A stretch of 64,000 nt of DNA from Burkholderiales bacterium. Its GTDB lineage: Bacteria > Pseudomonadota > Gammaproteobacteria > Burkholderiales > SG8-39. Shown piece by piece: positions 46,833 through 59,762 of this stretch. The stretch covers positions 698-64,697 of the forward strand of contig DATEGT010000195.1 of assembly GCA_035280025.1 (NCBI GenBank), in the 5' to 3' direction. Under the pieces are notes generated by a model. The model worked only from the letters and a program-made list of their open reading frames with translations. It was not told where the DNA came from and searched no databases. Made by a program: the position numbers and the translations under genes. The stretch's first letter is position 1. Every line of letters starts with the position of its first letter.

Positions 46833-47591
46833 TCAAAGCCTTACTTCGATCCCGCGCCTCGCCATGAATTCCTTCGCCTCGCGCACGGTGAATTCGCCGA
46901 AATGAAAAATGCTGGCGGCGAGCACTGCGTCGGCGCGCCCTTCGAAGACACCCTGCACGAGATCTTCCAGCCCGCCGACCCCGCCGCTCGCGATCACCGG
47001 CACGCTCACCGCGTCAGCGACGGCGCGCGTAAGCGCGAGGTCGAAGCCCTCCCGCGTGCCGTCGCGGTCCATGCTGGTGAGCAGTATTTCGCCCGCGCCC
47101 AGTTCCTGCATTCTACGCGCCCAGTCGACCGCATCCAATCCCGTTCCCCTGCGTCCGCCGTGGGTGAAGACCTCCCAGCGGGCTCCGGCGCGCTTGGCGT
47201 CGATCGCGACGACGATGCACTGCGAGCCGTAGCGTCCCGCGGCGTCCGCGACGAGCTGCGGGCTCTGCACCGCCGCGGTGTTGATCGAGACCTTGTCGGC
47301 CCCGGCGTTCAGCAGCCGCCGCACGTCGTCGACCTTGCGCACGCCGCCGCCGACCGTGAGGGGGATGAAGACCCGGGCCGCGACGCGCTCCACGATCGGA
47401 AGGATCAGATCGCGATCGTCGGAGCTCGCGGTAATATCGAGAAAGGTCAACTCGTCCGCGCCCTGCTCGTTGTAGCGCCGCGCGATCTCGACCGGGTCGC
47501 CCGCGTCGCGCAGCCCCACGAAATTGACCCCTTTCACGACGCGCCCGCGGTCGACATCCAGGCAAGGGATGATGCGCTTGGCAAGTGCCAT
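46833..47591 (-). CDS. hisF: imidazole glycerol phosphate synthase cyclase subunit
   Basis: Start ATG 47591, [24 protein letters not shown]. Confidence 0.95.
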   Translation of the reverse strand: MALAKRIIPCLDVDRGRVVKGVNFVGLRDAGDPVEIARRYNEQGADELTFLDITASSDDRDLILPIVERVAARVFIPLTVGGGVRKVDDVRRLLNAGADKVSINTAAVQSPQLVADAAGRYGSQCIVVAIDAKRAGARWEVFTHGGRRGTGLDAVDWARRMQELGAGEILLTSMDRDGTREGFDLALTRAVADAVSVPVIASGGVGGLEDLVQGVFEGRADAVLAASIFHFGEFTVREAKEFMARRGIEVRL

Positions 47592-47602
47592 CGGCGAGCC
47601 GA

Positions 47603-48352
47603 TCAGTCCTTGCTCTTTCCCAGCTTGTCCGCCTCGGCTTGAGCTTTCTTGAAATCGAGGGTGCCTTGATAGATCGCGCGGCCTGTGATCACCGCGTTGA
47701 TCCCCTCGGACTCGATCTTGCAGAGTGTCTTGACGTCTTCGATGCTGGTGAGGCCGCCGCTTGCGATCACCGGAACGCGCAACTCCTTGGCGAGCTTCAC
47801 CGTCGCGTCGACGTTCACGCCGGTAAGCATGCCGTCGCGGCCGATGTCGGTATAGATGACGGCTTCCACCCCGTAGTCCTGGAACTTCTTCGCGAGGTCC
47901 ACCACGTCGTGCCCGGTCATCTTGGACCATCCCTCCACGGCGACCTTGCCGTCCTTCGCGTCGAGCGCCACGATGATGTGCCCGCCGAAAGCGGTGCTGG
48001 CATCCTGGAGGAAACCGGGATTCTTGACGGCGGCGGTACCGATGATGACGTAGCTCACGCCGAGGTCGAGATAGTGCTCGATGGTGTCCAGGTCGCGGAT
48101 CCCTCCGCCGAGCTGGACCGGCACGGAGTCGCCGAGCTCGCGCAGGATGGTGCGGATGATTGCCTCGTGCTTCGGTTTCCCGGCGGCCGCGCCGTTAAGG
48201 TCGACGACGTGGAGCCGCCGCGCGCCCTCGGCCTTCCAATGCTTCGCCATGGCGACCGGGTCTTCCGAGTACACCGTGGCGTCGCTCATCCTTCCCTGTT
48301 TCAGGCGGACGCAGTGGCCGTCCTTGATGTCAAGAGCCGGAATGATAAGCAT
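47603..48352 (-). CDS. hisA: ProFAR isomerase
   Basis: 249 aa, [20 protein letters not shown]. Confidence 0.95.
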   Translation of the reverse strand: MLIIPALDIKDGHCVRLKQGRMSDATVYSEDPVAMAKHWKAEGARRLHVVDLNGAAAGKPKHEAIIRTILRELGDSVPVQLGGGIRDLDTIEHYLDLGVSYVIIGTAAVKNPGFLQDASTAFGGHIIVALDAKDGKVAVEGWSKMTGHDVVDLAKKFQDYGVEAVIYTDIGRDGMLTGVNVDATVKLAKELRVPVIASGGLTSIEDVKTLCKIESEGINAVITGRAIYQGTLDFKKAQAEADKLGKSKD

Positions 48353-48400
48353 TGAGTCGGGAAAAGCTCGAGCCCCGAGGAGGACCGACGATGGACGGAT

Positions 48401-49033
48401 TCAGGGATTCCAGTGGAGGAAGTTGGCGAGTAGCCGCAGGCCTGCAGTGTCGCTTTTTTCTGGGTGGAACTGTACCGCGAAAATGTTATCTCGCGCCACC
48501 GCACAGGTAAAGGGGATGCCGTACTCGGTCGTGCCTTGCACCAGACCGGGCTCCCCGACCTCCGGGAAATAGCTGTGCACGAAGTAGAAACGGCTCCCGT
48601 CCTCGATCCCCGACCACAGCGGGTGTCGCGCCTGCCTCACTCGATTCCAACCCATGTGGGGGACCTTGAGCCGCCCGCCCTCCGGATCGAACATCGGCGA
48701 GTCCGGAAACCGGCGAACGGCGCCGGGGAGCAGCTTCAATCCCTCTACCCCGCCCTCGTCGCTACGCTCGAACAGCATCTGGAGTCCGATGCAGATCCCG
48801 AGAAACGGCTTCGCGCGCGCCGCCTCCACGACCGCCGCTCTGAGTCCGCGTGCGTCCATTTCGCGCATGCAGTCCGGCATCGCCCCCTGTCCCGGAAAAA
48901 CCACGCGCTCGGCGCCCGAAACGCGCGCCGGATCGGAAGTCACTTCGACTCGGGCTTTCGGCGCGACGTGCTCCACCGCCTTGGACACCGAGTGGAGGTT
49001 CCCCATGCCGTAATCGACGACTGCGACGCGCAT
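48401..49033 (-). CDS. hisH: imidazole glycerol phosphate synthase glutaminase subunit
   Basis: Start ATG 49033, MRVAVVDYGMGNLHSV...PFLGICIGLQ...HSY. Confidence 0.95.
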   Translation of the reverse strand: MRVAVVDYGMGNLHSVSKAVEHVAPKARVEVTSDPARVSGAERVVFPGQGAMPDCMREMDARGLRAAVVEAARAKPFLGICIGLQMLFERSDEGGVEGLKLLPGAVRRFPDSPMFDPEGGRLKVPHMGWNRVRQARHPLWSGIEDGSRFYFVHSYFPEVGEPGLVQGTTEYGIPFTCAVARDNIFAVQFHPEKSDTAGLRLLANFLHWNP

Positions 49034-49050
49034 CGCGGGTCGAGACGAAG

Positions 49051-49644
49051 CTAGAGCGTCCCCTTGGTCGAAGGTACGGTGCCGGCCGCCCGCGGATCGG
49101 GCTCGAGCGCCATGCGCAGCGCGCGGGCGAACGCCTTGAACATCGTCTCGCACTGGTGATGCGCGTTGTCGCCCCGCAGGTTGTCGATGTGCAGCGTCAC
49201 TTGCGCGTGGTTCGCGAACCCCTGGAAGAATTCGTGCACCAGATCGACATCGAACTCGCCGATCAACGCCCGCCTGAACTTCACGTGGTACTCCAGCCCG
49301 GGGCGTCCGGAGAAATCGATGACGACTCGCGACAGGGCTTCGTCGAGGGGGACGTAGGCATGCCCGTAGCGCCGGATGCCCTTCTTGTCGCCGACCGCGC
49401 GAGCCACCGCCTGGCCGAGCGTGATGCCGATGTCCTCGACGGTGTGGTGGGCGTCGACGTCCAGATCGCCCTTCGCGCGGATCTCGAGATCGAGCATGCC
49501 GTGACGCGCAACCTGGTCGAGCATGTGGTCGAGGAACGGAATTCCGGTCGCGAGCGCGGATTTTCCGCTGCCGTCGACGTTAACGGACAGCGCGATCTGC
49601 GTTTCGGCGGTGTTGCGGTCTGCCTTGGCGGCGCGCGTGGACAT
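49051..49644 (-). CDS. hisB: imidazoleglycerol-phosphate dehydratase
   Basis: ATG 49644 preferred ([25 protein letters not shown]). The track's TTG 49659 is also possible. HHTVED and NAHHQCE motifs. Confidence 0.9.
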   Translation of the reverse strand: MSTRAAKADRNTAETQIALSVNVDGSGKSALATGIPFLDHMLDQVARHGMLDLEIRAKGDLDVDAHHTVEDIGITLGQAVARAVGDKKGIRRYGHAYVPLDEALSRVVIDFSGRPGLEYHVKFRRALIGEFDVDLVHEFFQGFANHAQVTLHIDNLRGDNAHHQCETMFKAFARALRMALEPDPRAAGTVPSTKGTL

Positions 49645-49678
49645 TGCGGCGAGCTTCAAGCGGATAGCCTACACGAAA

Positions 49679-50755
49679 TCAGCACGTGGCGAGCGCTTCC
49701 CCGAACGCTGCCAGGCAGCGCCGGTTCTCTTCCGGCGTTCCGACGGTCAGCCGGACGCAACCCTCAAGGAGAGGCACTCCCGTGTCCAGATTCTTGACGA
49801 GGACGCCCCGGCGCCGCATCCCTTCGAACACCGTTGCGGCGTCGGGAACACGGACCAGGATGAAATTTGCGTCGCTTGCGAAAACCGTGACGCGCGCAAG
49901 CCTGCGCAGCTCGCGCTCCAGGGCCGCGCGCTCGGCGATGATGCTCCTCGCCTGCGCTTCGAGCACGTCGTGGTGCGCGAGGATCCGCTCCGCCACCACG
50001 TGCGTCAGGGAGTTCACGTTGTAGGGCGAGCGCACCTTGTCGAACTCGCGAATCCATTCCGGCCGCCCCGCCGCGTAGCCCAGGCGTATCCCCGCCAGGC
50101 CCAGCTTGGACAGCGTGCGCATGACGATCAGGTTGGGGAATTCGGCGAGCCGCGTCATGAACGTCTTGCGGGCGAAGACGTGATACGCCTCGTCGACCAC
50201 GACCAGCCCGGGCGCGGCGGCGATGATGTGGGTCATCGCGGTCTCGTCGAAGAGATTTCCACTGGGATTGTTCGGATAGGCGATGAACACGACCGCGGGC
50301 CGGTGCCGCCTCATCGCCTCCAGGAACGCCGTCGCGTCGAGGGTGAAATCCGGGCGCAGGAGCACGCCGGCGTACTCCAGCCCGGCGAGCCCGGCGTAGG
50401 CGCTGAACATGACGAAGCTCGGACGCGGCGCAAGCACGACCGCGCCCGGGCGCGCGACGCTCTGAACGATGATGTGGATGATCTCGTCGGAACCATTGCC
50501 GAGAAGAACGTCGCACTCGGGCGGAATCCCCATCGTCTCGCGCAGCCGCCGCACCAGGGCCGGGGCCGCCGGATCTGGGTAGCGGTTTATCGCGACCTTG
50601 GACACCGCGTCCGCGATCTCGCGTTGCAGCGCCGGCGGCAGGCCGTAGGGGTTCTCCATCGCGTCGAGCTTGACCAGACCGTCGGCCTGCGCAACGGGGT
50701 AGGCCTTCATCGAGCGCACCTCGCCGCGGATGATGTCTTCGGGCCCCGCGCTCAC
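49679..50755 (-). CDS. hisC: histidinol-phosphate aminotransferase
   Basis: GTG 50755 overlaps the hisD stop (GTGA). Reads ...[15 protein letters not shown]...[10 protein letters not shown]...[12 protein letters not shown]. Confidence 0.9.
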   Translation of the reverse strand: MSAGPEDIIRGEVRSMKAYPVAQADGLVKLDAMENPYGLPPALQREIADAVSKVAINRYPDPAAPALVRRLRETMGIPPECDVLLGNGSDEIIHIIVQSVARPGAVVLAPRPSFVMFSAYAGLAGLEYAGVLLRPDFTLDATAFLEAMRRHRPAVVFIAYPNNPSGNLFDETAMTHIIAAAPGLVVVDEAYHVFARKTFMTRLAEFPNLIVMRTLSKLGLAGIRLGYAAGRPEWIREFDKVRSPYNVNSLTHVVAERILAHHDVLEAQARSIIAERAALERELRRLARVTVFASDANFILVRVPDAATVFEGMRRRGVLVKNLDTGVPLLEGCVRLTVGTPEENRRCLAAFGEALATC

Positions 50756-52071
50756 CGTCCGGCCTTGCCCTTTTCCTGCAGCCTCAGCTCCGCTGAGCGG
50801 GCGTGCGCCTGCAGGCCCTCGCCTCGAGCCAGGATCGCGGCGACTCTGGCGAGCTTTTGCGCGCCCTTGCGCGACACCGCAATCACGCTCGAGCGCTTCT
50901 GGAAGTCGTACACGCCCAGCGGCGAAGAAAACCTCGCCGTGCGCGAAGTCGGCAGCACATGATTGGGCCCGGCGCAGTAGTCGCCCAGCGCCTCCGACGC
51001 GTAGCGTCCCAGGAAGATCGCCCCGGCGTGGCGTATCTTCTTCAGCCACTTCTTCGGGTCGGCCACCGAGAGCTCGAGGTGCTCGGGCGCCACGCGGTTG
51101 GCGATCTCGCAGGCTTCGTCGAGATCCTTCACCTCGATGAGCGCTCCGCGGCGCGACAGCGAAGCGCCGATGATGTCCCGGCGCGGCATGTCGTCGAGCA
51201 GCCGCGCGATGCTGCCCGCCACGCGTTCGATGAACTTTCTGTCGGGGGAGACCAGCACCGCCTGCGACGTCTCGGCGTGTTCGGCCTGGGAAAAGAGATC
51301 CATTGCGATCCAGTCCGGATCGGTGGTGCCGTCGCAGATCACCAGGATCTCGGTGGGGCCGGAGATCATGTCGATGCCCACCGTGCCGAATACTTGGCGC
51401 TTCGCCTCCGTGACGTAAGCGTTGCCCGGGCCGACGATCTTGTCCACCTGCGGGACGGTCTGGGTGCCGTAGGCGAGCGCCGCTACCGCCTGCGCGCCGC
51501 CGACGGTGAAGACGCGGTCCACCCCGGCGACCGCCGCCGCCGCAAGAACCAGCGGATTGCGCTCGCCCCGCGGCGTCGGAACGCACATGATGATCTCGCG
51601 CACGCCGGCGATCTTGGCCGGAATCGCATTCATGAGCACCGACGAGGGATACGCCGCCTTCCCCCCCGGCACGTAAAGCCCGACGCGGTCGAGCGGCGTG
51701 ATACGCTGGCCGAGGGTCGTCCCGTCGGCTTCGGTGTACTGCCAAGACTTGGCGAGCTGCCGCTGATGGTACTTCCGGATGCGCGCCGAAGCCTGCGTCA
51801 GCGCGTCGCGTCGCACGCGATCGAGTCCCGCGAGCGCGCTCTTGAGCGCGGCCTGCGGCAGCTCCAGTTCGGACACGCTCACGGCGCTCACGCCGTCGTA
51901 TTTCGCGGTGTTCTGGAGGACCGCGGCGTCCCCGCGGGCGCGCACCTCCGCGAGGATTTCGCCGACGCGGGCTGCGACGTCCCTGTCTAGCGCGGAGTCG
52001 AACGCGGTGAGCGCCTTGAGCCGTTCATGGAAATCCGACTGGGCGCTCGAGAGGCGCGCGATCTCAGGCAT
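50752..52071 (-). CDS. hisD: histidinol dehydrogenase
   Basis: 439 aa, [17 protein letters not shown]...SQAEH. Confidence 0.95.
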   Translation of the reverse strand: MPEIARLSSAQSDFHERLKALTAFDSALDRDVAARVGEILAEVRARGDAAVLQNTAKYDGVSAVSVSELELPQAALKSALAGLDRVRRDALTQASARIRKYHQRQLAKSWQYTEADGTTLGQRITPLDRVGLYVPGGKAAYPSSVLMNAIPAKIAGVREIIMCVPTPRGERNPLVLAAAAVAGVDRVFTVGGAQAVAALAYGTQTVPQVDKIVGPGNAYVTEAKRQVFGTVGIDMISGPTEILVICDGTTDPDWIAMDLFSQAEHAETSQAVLVSPDRKFIERVAGSIARLLDDMPRRDIIGASLSRRGALIEVKDLDEACEIANRVAPEHLELSVADPKKWLKKIRHAGAIFLGRYASEALGDYCAGPNHVLPTSRTARFSSPLGVYDFQKRSSVIAVSRKGAQKLARVAAILARGEGLQAHARSAELRLQEKGKAGR

Positions 52072-52708
52072 GCCCGCCGACCGCTTCGGAGAACGCGTCG
52101 AGGAGCGGCTGGATCACGTCGCGCCGCAGCTTGAGCGCGGCCTGATTGACGATCAGCCGCGCGCTGATCGGGCGGATTTCCTCGACGGCGTGCAGGTGGT
52201 TGGCGCGCAGCGTGTCGCCGGTCGCCACCAGGTCGACGATGGCGTCGGCCAGGCCGAGCAGCGGCGCGAGCTCCATCGAACCGTAGAGCTTGATCAGATC
52301 GACGTGCACGCCCTTCGCCGCAAAGTGTTCGCGCGCAGTCTGCATGTATTTGGTGGCGATCCGCAGGCGCGCCCCGCGGCGCACTGCGCCCGCGTAGTCG
52401 AAGCCCTGGGGCACCGCGACCACCATGCGGCAGGCCGCGATGCCGAGATCGAGAGGCTGATACAGCCCGTCGCCGCTGTGCTCGAGCAGCACGTCCTTCC
52501 CCGCGATGCCGAGCTCCGCCGCGCCGTACTGGACGTAGGTCGGAACGTCCGACGCCCTCACGACGAGCAGCCGCAGATCGCGGCGGCTGGTGCGCAGCAC
52601 CAGCTTCCGGGAGCCCTCGGGCGCGTCGAGCGCGCGGATTCCCGCGGCCGCGAGCAGCGGCAAGGTCTCGTCGAAGATCCGGCCTTTGGAAAGCGCGAGC
52701 GTGATCAC
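52064..52708 (-). CDS. hisG: ATP phosphoribosyltransferase (short form)
   Basis: 214 aa with a GTG start, [19 protein letters not shown]...[12 protein letters not shown]. Confidence 0.9.
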   Translation of the reverse strand: MITLALSKGRIFDETLPLLAAAGIRALDAPEGSRKLVLRTSRRDLRLLVVRASDVPTYVQYGAAELGIAGKDVLLEHSGDGLYQPLDLGIAACRMVVAVPQGFDYAGAVRRGARLRIATKYMQTAREHFAAKGVHVDLIKLYGSMELAPLLGLADAIVDLVATGDTLRANHLHAVEEIRPISARLIVNQAALKLRRDVIQPLLDAFSEAVGGHA

Positions 52709-52779
52709 GAGTGCGCAGGGTCGAGGTCAGCCTCGCATTTTACCGCAAAGAGCGCGGAAAACCTTGTTTTTAAAGACGT

Positions 52780-54262
<1,483 letters not shown>

Positions 54263-54263
54263 G

Positions 54264-55019
54264 CTAGTGCCTCAGCTTGTATCCGCTTCTGATCACGGCC
54301 AGGGTCAGCGTCGAGACCGCCGCGAGGAACGCCGCGACGACCGCGAGGCCCTGAAGCGGATGCACGTCCGAAACGCCGAAGAAACCGTAGCGGAACCCGT
54401 CGATCATGTAGAAGAAGGGATTGAAATGCGAAAGCCCCTGCCAGAAAACGGGAAGGGAGTGAATCGAGTAAAAGACTCCGGAGAGGAATGTCAGGGGCAT
54501 GATGAGGAAATTCTGGAACGACGCGACCTGGTCGATCTTCTCCGCCCAGATTCCGGCCAGCATCCCGAGCGCGCCCAGCACGGCGCTCCCGCAGAAGGCA
54601 AAAGCGAGGATCCATCCCGGGTGACGGAACTCCATGTCGACGAAGGGCAGCGTGACCAGCATCACTGCCAGCCCCACCACCATTCCCCGCACGACGGCGG
54701 CGAGCACGTACGCGGCGAAGAATTCCCCGTACGAAAGCGGAGGAAGCAGCACGAAGATGATATTACCCGTGATCTTGGACTGGATCAGCGATGACGAGCT
54801 GTTGGCGAACGCGTTCTGGAGCACCGCCATCATGACCAGGCCCGGGACCAGGAAGGCGGTATAGGGAACGCTTTCGTATACGCGCACGCGGCCCTCCATG
54901 ACGTGGCCGAACACGAGGAGGAACAGCGCCGCCGTCAGCGCCGGCGCGCCTATCGTCTGAGTGCTGACTTTCCAGAAGCGCAGCACTTCCTTGTAGAGAA
55001 GGGTGGGAAATCCGCTCAT
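54264..55019 (-). CDS. ABC-2 type transporter permease
   Basis: Start ATG 55019 (ATGA overlap with the ATPase gene). Reads MSGFPTLLYKEVLRFWKV..., 6 TM. Confidence 0.85.
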   Translation of the reverse strand: MSGFPTLLYKEVLRFWKVSTQTIGAPALTAALFLLVFGHVMEGRVRVYESVPYTAFLVPGLVMMAVLQNAFANSSSSLIQSKITGNIIFVLLPPLSYGEFFAAYVLAAVVRGMVVGLAVMLVTLPFVDMEFRHPGWILAFAFCGSAVLGALGMLAGIWAEKIDQVASFQNFLIMPLTFLSGVFYSIHSLPVFWQGLSHFNPFFYMIDGFRYGFFGVSDVHPLQGLAVVAAFLAAVSTLTLAVIRSGYKLRH

Positions 55020-55912
55020 GAGCGGCGCATCACGTCGACGAAAGCATCCTCCAGATCGGGCTGCACCAGCTCCATCTCCTCGATTCTGGATCCCGAGCGC
55101 CGGATGCACGAGAGCGTCTGCTCGACATCGTCGTAGCTCGTGAGGCTGAGAACGTAGGCGTCGCCTGTGCTGCCGTGCTCGAGGGCTTGCAGCTCCGCGG
55201 GAAGCCGCCCGGTCAGCCGCAGGCGCAGGAGGAGATGATGCACGCGCTTGAGCAGATTGGACGTGGAATCGAGCGCGACCACACGGCCCTGCTTGAGCAT
55301 CGCGATGCGCCCGCAGAGCGCTTCCGCTTCCTCCAGGTAGTGCGTCGTCAGCACGACGGTGTGGCCGTCGCGGTTCAGGCGCCGGATGAACTGCCACAGC
55401 GCCTGGCGCAGCTCGACATCGACCCCGGCCGTCGGCTCATCGAGCACGATCACGGGCGGCCTGTGCACCAGGGCCTGAGCCACGAGGACGCGGCGCTTCA
55501 TGCCGCCGGAGAGCGCGCGCATGTTGACGTCCGCCTTCGTTGCAAGGTCCAGATGGTGCATCACCTCGTCTATCCAAGCCTGGTTGGCGCGCATCCCGAA
55601 ATAGCCGGACTGGATGCGGAGCGTCTCGCGCACGGTGAAGAAGGGGTCGAACACGAGCTCCTGCGGAACCACGCCTAGCGCTCGGCGCGCCGACCGGTAG
55701 TCTCCCCGAACGTCGTGGCCCATCACCCGGGCCGACCCGCGATCGGCGCGCACCAGGCCCGCGAGGACGCTGATGAGGGTGGTCTTGCCTGCACCGTTCG
55801 GTCCGAGCAGGCCGAAGAACTCTCCCTGGGGAATCTCGAGGTCGATCCCGGACAGCGCGTGCAGGTCTCCGAAGCGCTTGTGGACGTCGCAGATCTCGAT
55901 CGCGGCCGGCAT
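55016..55912 (-). CDS. ABC transporter ATP-binding protein (ABC-2 exporter type)
   Basis: 298 aa. Walker A GPNGAGKTT, signature LSGGMKRR, Walker B VIVLDEPT. Confidence 0.9.
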   Translation of the reverse strand: MPAAIEICDVHKRFGDLHALSGIDLEIPQGEFFGLLGPNGAGKTTLISVLAGLVRADRGSARVMGHDVRGDYRSARRALGVVPQELVFDPFFTVRETLRIQSGYFGMRANQAWIDEVMHHLDLATKADVNMRALSGGMKRRVLVAQALVHRPPVIVLDEPTAGVDVELRQALWQFIRRLNRDGHTVVLTTHYLEEAEALCGRIAMLKQGRVVALDSTSNLLKRVHHLLLRLRLTGRLPAELQALEHGSTGDAYVLSLTSYDDVEQTLSCIRRSGSRIEEMELVQPDLEDAFVDVMRRS

Positions 55913-55933
55913 GCCTGGAGTGCCGCCCGGGGA

Positions 55934-56221
55934 TCAGCTCGAGGCCGGCTGGAGCAGCTCGGACACTCCGTAAAGCTTGGCGAGATTCTGCATCGGGACG
56001 GGAAGGTTGACGAACCGCAGCCCGGGCTTGCTCTCGGCCGACTGGCGCAGCCATTCGAGGGCCAGCGCCACCGCCGAGGAATCCACTTCGGACACCCCGC
56101 GAAAATCGACCACTCGCACGCCCTGCCGCAGGTGATCCCGCGCCTCGACGGCCAGCCCGGAAACGGTCCCGAGCGTGAGGGCGCCCTCGACGAGCAGCGA
56201 ATCGCCCTCGCGGCGGATCAC
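55934..56221 (-). CDS. mlaB: STAS-domain protein (MlaB-like)
   Basis: 95 aa. GTG start overlaps the mlaC stop. Last gene of the mla cluster. Confidence 0.75.
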   Translation of the reverse strand: MIRREGDSLLVEGALTLGTVSGLAVEARDHLRQGVRVVDFRGVSEVDSSAVALALEWLRQSAESKPGLRFVNLPVPMQNLAKLYGVSELLQPASS

Positions 56222-56841
56222 GACTTGCCCGCCTTCGAGGCCAGCGGCTCCCGGTTCTTCGCGGCGAGCGACTTGATCAGCCCGTCGACCCCGTGTTCGC
56301 GTACCTCGCTCGCAAAGGTGTCGCGGTATGTGGTCACCAGGCTTACGCCGCCCACCTTGACGTCGTAGACCTTCCAGCCCTTGTCGGTCTTCTCCATTTC
56401 GTAGTCGATCGACACGGGCTGCGACGAGCCGGATTGCCTGACCTCGGACTTGACCGTGACTTCGGTGTCGTCGGGCTTGGCGCGCAGCGGCTTGTATTCG
56501 ATCTGCTGGTCCCGGTAGTTGGTCAGCGCCGTGGAATAGGTGCGCACGAGTAGGGTCTTGAACTCCGCCGCGAGCTCCTTCTGCTGCTCGGGCGTCGCCG
56601 TCCTCCAGTTGCGCGCCATCGCGATGCGTGCCATCCGCGTGAAATTGAAATGCGGGACGATCTTGGCTTCGATGAGATCGGCGGCCTTCGCGGCATCGCC
56701 CGCCCGGATGTCCTTGTCCTTCTTGATGGCGGCGGCTACGTCGTCGGTGATGGTTTTCACCAGCACGTCGGGGGCGACCGCCTGCGCCTGCGCCAGGGGA
56801 GCGAGGAAAGCGAGAAAAAAAAGACAGTACGCGGTTTTCAT
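56218..56841 (-). CDS. mlaC: phospholipid-binding periplasmic protein MlaC (Ttg2D family)
   Basis: 207 aa with a signal peptide. Contains HFNFTRMARIAMARNWR. Confidence 0.85.
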   Translation of the reverse strand: MKTAYCLFFLAFLAPLAQAQAVAPDVLVKTITDDVAAAIKKDKDIRAGDAAKAADLIEAKIVPHFNFTRMARIAMARNWRTATPEQQKELAAEFKTLLVRTYSTALTNYRDQQIEYKPLRAKPDDTEVTVKSEVRQSGSSQPVSIDYEMEKTDKGWKVYDVKVGGVSLVTTYRDTFASEVREHGVDGLIKSLAAKNREPLASKAGKS

Positions 56842-56856
56842 GGCTGTTCGATCCGG

Positions 56857-57582
56857 TTACTTGGTGGTTGGTTCATCATCCGATTCGTCCGGCTCGCGCG
56901 GCGGATTGCCGTCGTAGACGAGATTGCGCCTGCGCTGGAGCCAGGCGCCGCGCACGAACGCGTATCGGTCGAGCGCCGCCTGCTCGAGAACGCTCGAAGC
57001 GTCGAGGAGGTTCGCGCGGTTGCTGATCGCGCGCGTCGCGTACAGCGAATTGCGAATCGGCACGCTGTCGGTCGCCCAATAGACGAGGTCCGCCTTGTAG
57101 TCGAACAGGAGTCCGAACCCGTCGCGGAACGTCGAAGGCCCGATGAACGGGATGACCACGTAGGGGCCGTTCCCGATGCCCCAGACGGCCAGCGTCTGGC
57201 CGAAGTCCTCGTTGTGCTTGGGCAATCCCGCGGCGGACGCAGCGTCGAAGAGCCCGGCGAGGCCGAACGTCGAATTGTGGATGACGCGGGTCATGTCCTC
57301 CAGTCCCTGCTGGAACTTGCCCTGCAGCACGTCGTTCACCGAGATCCAGACATCCTCGAGGTTGGAAAAGAAGTTGGAAACGCCGGTGCGGAAGAATCCG
57401 GGAAAGACGGCGCGGTAGCCCTTGGCCACCGGCGAAAGCAGCGCCTTGTCCGCCGCGTCGTTGAACGCGAACACCGCCCGGTTGACCTTCTCCAGGGGAT
57501 CGGCGGGATTGCCGCCGGAAGTGGCACAGCCCGCCGACACGCCGGCGAGGAGCAGCGCCGCGCACAGCCTGTTAACCTCCAC
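56857..57582 (-). CDS. mlaA: outer-membrane lipoprotein MlaA/VacJ
   Basis: 241 aa with a GTG start. Lipobox LLLAGVSAGC. Contains DPLEKVNRAVFAFND. Confidence 0.85.
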   Translation of the reverse strand: MEVNRLCAALLLAGVSAGCATSGGNPADPLEKVNRAVFAFNDAADKALLSPVAKGYRAVFPGFFRTGVSNFFSNLEDVWISVNDVLQGKFQQGLEDMTRVIHNSTFGLAGLFDAASAAGLPKHNEDFGQTLAVWGIGNGPYVVIPFIGPSTFRDGFGLLFDYKADLVYWATDSVPIRNSLYATRAISNRANLLDASSVLEQAALDRYAFVRGAWLQRRRNLVYDGNPPREPDESDDEPTTK

Positions 57583-57599
57583 GCGATCGGCTTCCCATC

Positions 57600-58073
57600 C
57601 TACTTCTTGCCGTCCCCCTCGGCAGCCTTATTGTACAGGAACTGACCGATGAGATTTTCTAGGACCACCGCGGATTGCGTGAGCTTGAGCGTATCACCGT
57701 CCTTCAGGTTCGCCGAATCACCGCCTGCCGTGAGCCCGATGTATTGCTCTCCGAGCAGCCCCGAAGTCAGGATCTTCGCCGAGCTGTCCTTGGGAAACTG
57801 GAAGCGGCTCTCGATGTTCATCGACACCACGGCTTCGAAACTCTCGTTGTCGAAGCGGATGTCGCCAACGCGGCCCACGACCACGCCCGCGCTCTTCACC
57901 GCGGCGCGAACCTTGAGTCCGCCGATGTTTTCGAATTTGGCGTTCACCCGGTACATGTCCGCAGTGGAGAACGAGGCGAGATTCGCCACCTTGAGCGACA
58001 GGAACAGGAGCGCGCCGATGCCGGCCACCGCGAAGATCCCCACCCACAAATCCAGCTCCTTGCGCGTCATCAT
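57600..58073 (-). CDS. mlaD: MCE-domain protein MlaD
   Basis: 157 aa with an N-terminal TM followed by the MCE core (AGVVVGRVGDIRF). Confidence 0.9.
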   Translation of the reverse strand: MMTRKELDLWVGIFAVAGIGALLFLSLKVANLASFSTADMYRVNAKFENIGGLKVRAAVKSAGVVVGRVGDIRFDNESFEAVVSMNIESRFQFPKDSSAKILTSGLLGEQYIGLTAGGDSANLKDGDTLKLTQSAVVLENLIGQFLYNKAAEGDGKK

Positions 58074-58076
58074 GAT

Positions 58077-58874
58077 TTAGAGTCCTCTGAACATCAATGC
58101 CGTCAGCACGAAATCGAGCGCGAGGATCGCCAGCGACGAAGTGACGACCGTGCGGGTCGTCGCGCCCGAAACGCCCTCCGCCGTCGGCGGCGCGTCGTAT
58201 CCCTCGAAAACGGCGATCCAGGTCACCGCCACGCCGAACACGAAGCTCTTGATGAAGCCGTTCAGCACGTCCTGGCGGAAATCGACGGCCGCCTGCATCT
58301 GCGACCAGAACGATCCTTCGTCCACGCCGATGAGACGCACGCCGACGAGATAGCCTCCGAACACGCCCATGGCGGAAAACAGGGCGGCGAGCAGGGGCAT
58401 GGAGATCACTCCCGCCCAAAAGCGCGGGGCGACGACTCGTGCGATCGGGTCCACGGCCATCATTTCCATCGCCGACAGCTGCTCGGTCGCCTTCATCAGG
58501 CCGATCTCCGCGGTGATCGCGCTGCCCGCGCGGCTGGCGAAGAGCAGCCCGGCCACCACCGGGCCGAGCTCGCGCACCAGGGACAGGCTGACGAGAACGC
58601 CGAGCGCATCCGACGACCCGTAGCGAACCAGCGTGTCGTATCCCTGGAGCCCGAGGACCATGCCGACGAAAAGGCCCGAAACCAGGATGATGACGAGCGA
58701 AAGCACCCCCGCGAAGTAGATTTCGCGAATGGTGAGGTGGAAGCGCTTGAAGCTCGGCCCGGACTCCCTCAGCGTCAGCCAGAGGAAGCGGCAGGCGAAC
58801 CCGAGCCGCCAGATCCAGCTGTTGACGATGCGCGCGCCCAAGGCCCGCAGCAGCTCCAGGACACGCTGCATCAT
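58077..58874 (-). CDS. mlaE: ABC transporter permease MlaE
   Basis: 265 aa. Contains [30 protein letters not shown]. Confidence 0.9.
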   Translation of the reverse strand: MMQRVLELLRALGARIVNSWIWRLGFACRFLWLTLRESGPSFKRFHLTIREIYFAGVLSLVIILVSGLFVGMVLGLQGYDTLVRYGSSDALGVLVSLSLVRELGPVVAGLLFASRAGSAITAEIGLMKATEQLSAMEMMAVDPIARVVAPRFWAGVISMPLLAALFSAMGVFGGYLVGVRLIGVDEGSFWSQMQAAVDFRQDVLNGFIKSFVFGVAVTWIAVFEGYDAPPTAEGVSGATTRTVVTSSLAILALDFVLTALMFRGL

Positions 58875-59671
58875 TGGGCGAGCAGATCCTGCCGGTACTC
58901 GGGCGCGGGATAGTGAAACGGCACGGGCCCGTCGGGCTCGCCGTACACGAATTGCCTAAGCGAGGGGAGGTGCTCGGCGCGTACCTCGTCCGGCGTGCCC
59001 TGGAATTCGACCTTTCCGGCCGACATGTAATACACATAATCGACCAGTTCGAGCGCCTCGGCGACGTCGTGGGTCACCACGATCGAGGTCGCACCCAAAG
59101 CGTCGTTCAGACGGCGGATCAGCTGGCCGATGACACCCAGTGAGATCGGATCCAGCCCGGTAAAAGGCTCGTCGTAGAGCATGAGCATGGGGTCGAGAGC
59201 GATCGATCGCGCGAGCGCCACTCGCCGCGCCATTCCGCCGGAGAGCTCCGAGGGCATGAGATCGGCCGCGCCGCGCAGACCGACCGCCTGCAGCTTCATC
59301 AGGGCCAGATCCCGGATCAGGGGCTCAGGCAGCCGCGTGTGCTCGCGCATTTGGAAAGCGACGTTGTCGAACGAAGACAAGTCGGTGAACAACGCGCCGA
59401 ACTGAAACAGCATTCCGATCTTCCGGCGCAGGGCGAAAAGGCCCTCGTCGTCGAGCTCGCTGATCACCTCGCCGGCGACGCGTATCTCGCCGCGGTCGGG
59501 CACCAGCGCGCCGCCGATGAGGCGCAGCAGCGTCGTCTTCCCACAGCCGGAAAGCCCCATGATGGCGACCACCTTGCCCTTGGGAACGACCAGGTTGATG
59601 TCCTTCAGAACCTGGCGCTGATCGTAACTGAACGTGACGTCCTGGACTTCGACCAGATTTCTTGTCGCCAC
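58871..59671 (-). CDS. mlaF: ABC transporter ATP-binding protein MlaF
   Basis: GTG 59671 chosen (AGGA upstream). Walker [10 protein letters not shown], signature LSGGMARR, Walker B LMLYDEPF. Confidence 0.85.
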   Translation of the reverse strand: MATRNLVEVQDVTFSYDQRQVLKDINLVVPKGKVVAIMGLSGCGKTTLLRLIGGALVPDRGEIRVAGEVISELDDEGLFALRRKIGMLFQFGALFTDLSSFDNVAFQMREHTRLPEPLIRDLALMKLQAVGLRGAADLMPSELSGGMARRVALARSIALDPMLMLYDEPFTGLDPISLGVIGQLIRRLNDALGATSIVVTHDVAEALELVDYVYYMSAGKVEFQGTPDEVRAEHLPSLRQFVYGEPDGPVPFHYPAPEYRQDLLAQ

Positions 59672-59762
59672 GGCGTCCTGCTCGGAGTAGCGGAGAGCGA
59701 ATTCTAGCTGAAAGGCCGGGGGCTTTGCGCTATCATCGGCGCATCCGACAAAGGGCCGTCTG

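Noticed and set aside
59672-59762. GG...TTTGC motif (GGCCGGGGGCTTTGC) as a sigma-54 promoter for the ABC ATPase/regulator operon
   Set aside because: The GG to GC spacing is off by one and the -24 region does not resemble TGGCAC.
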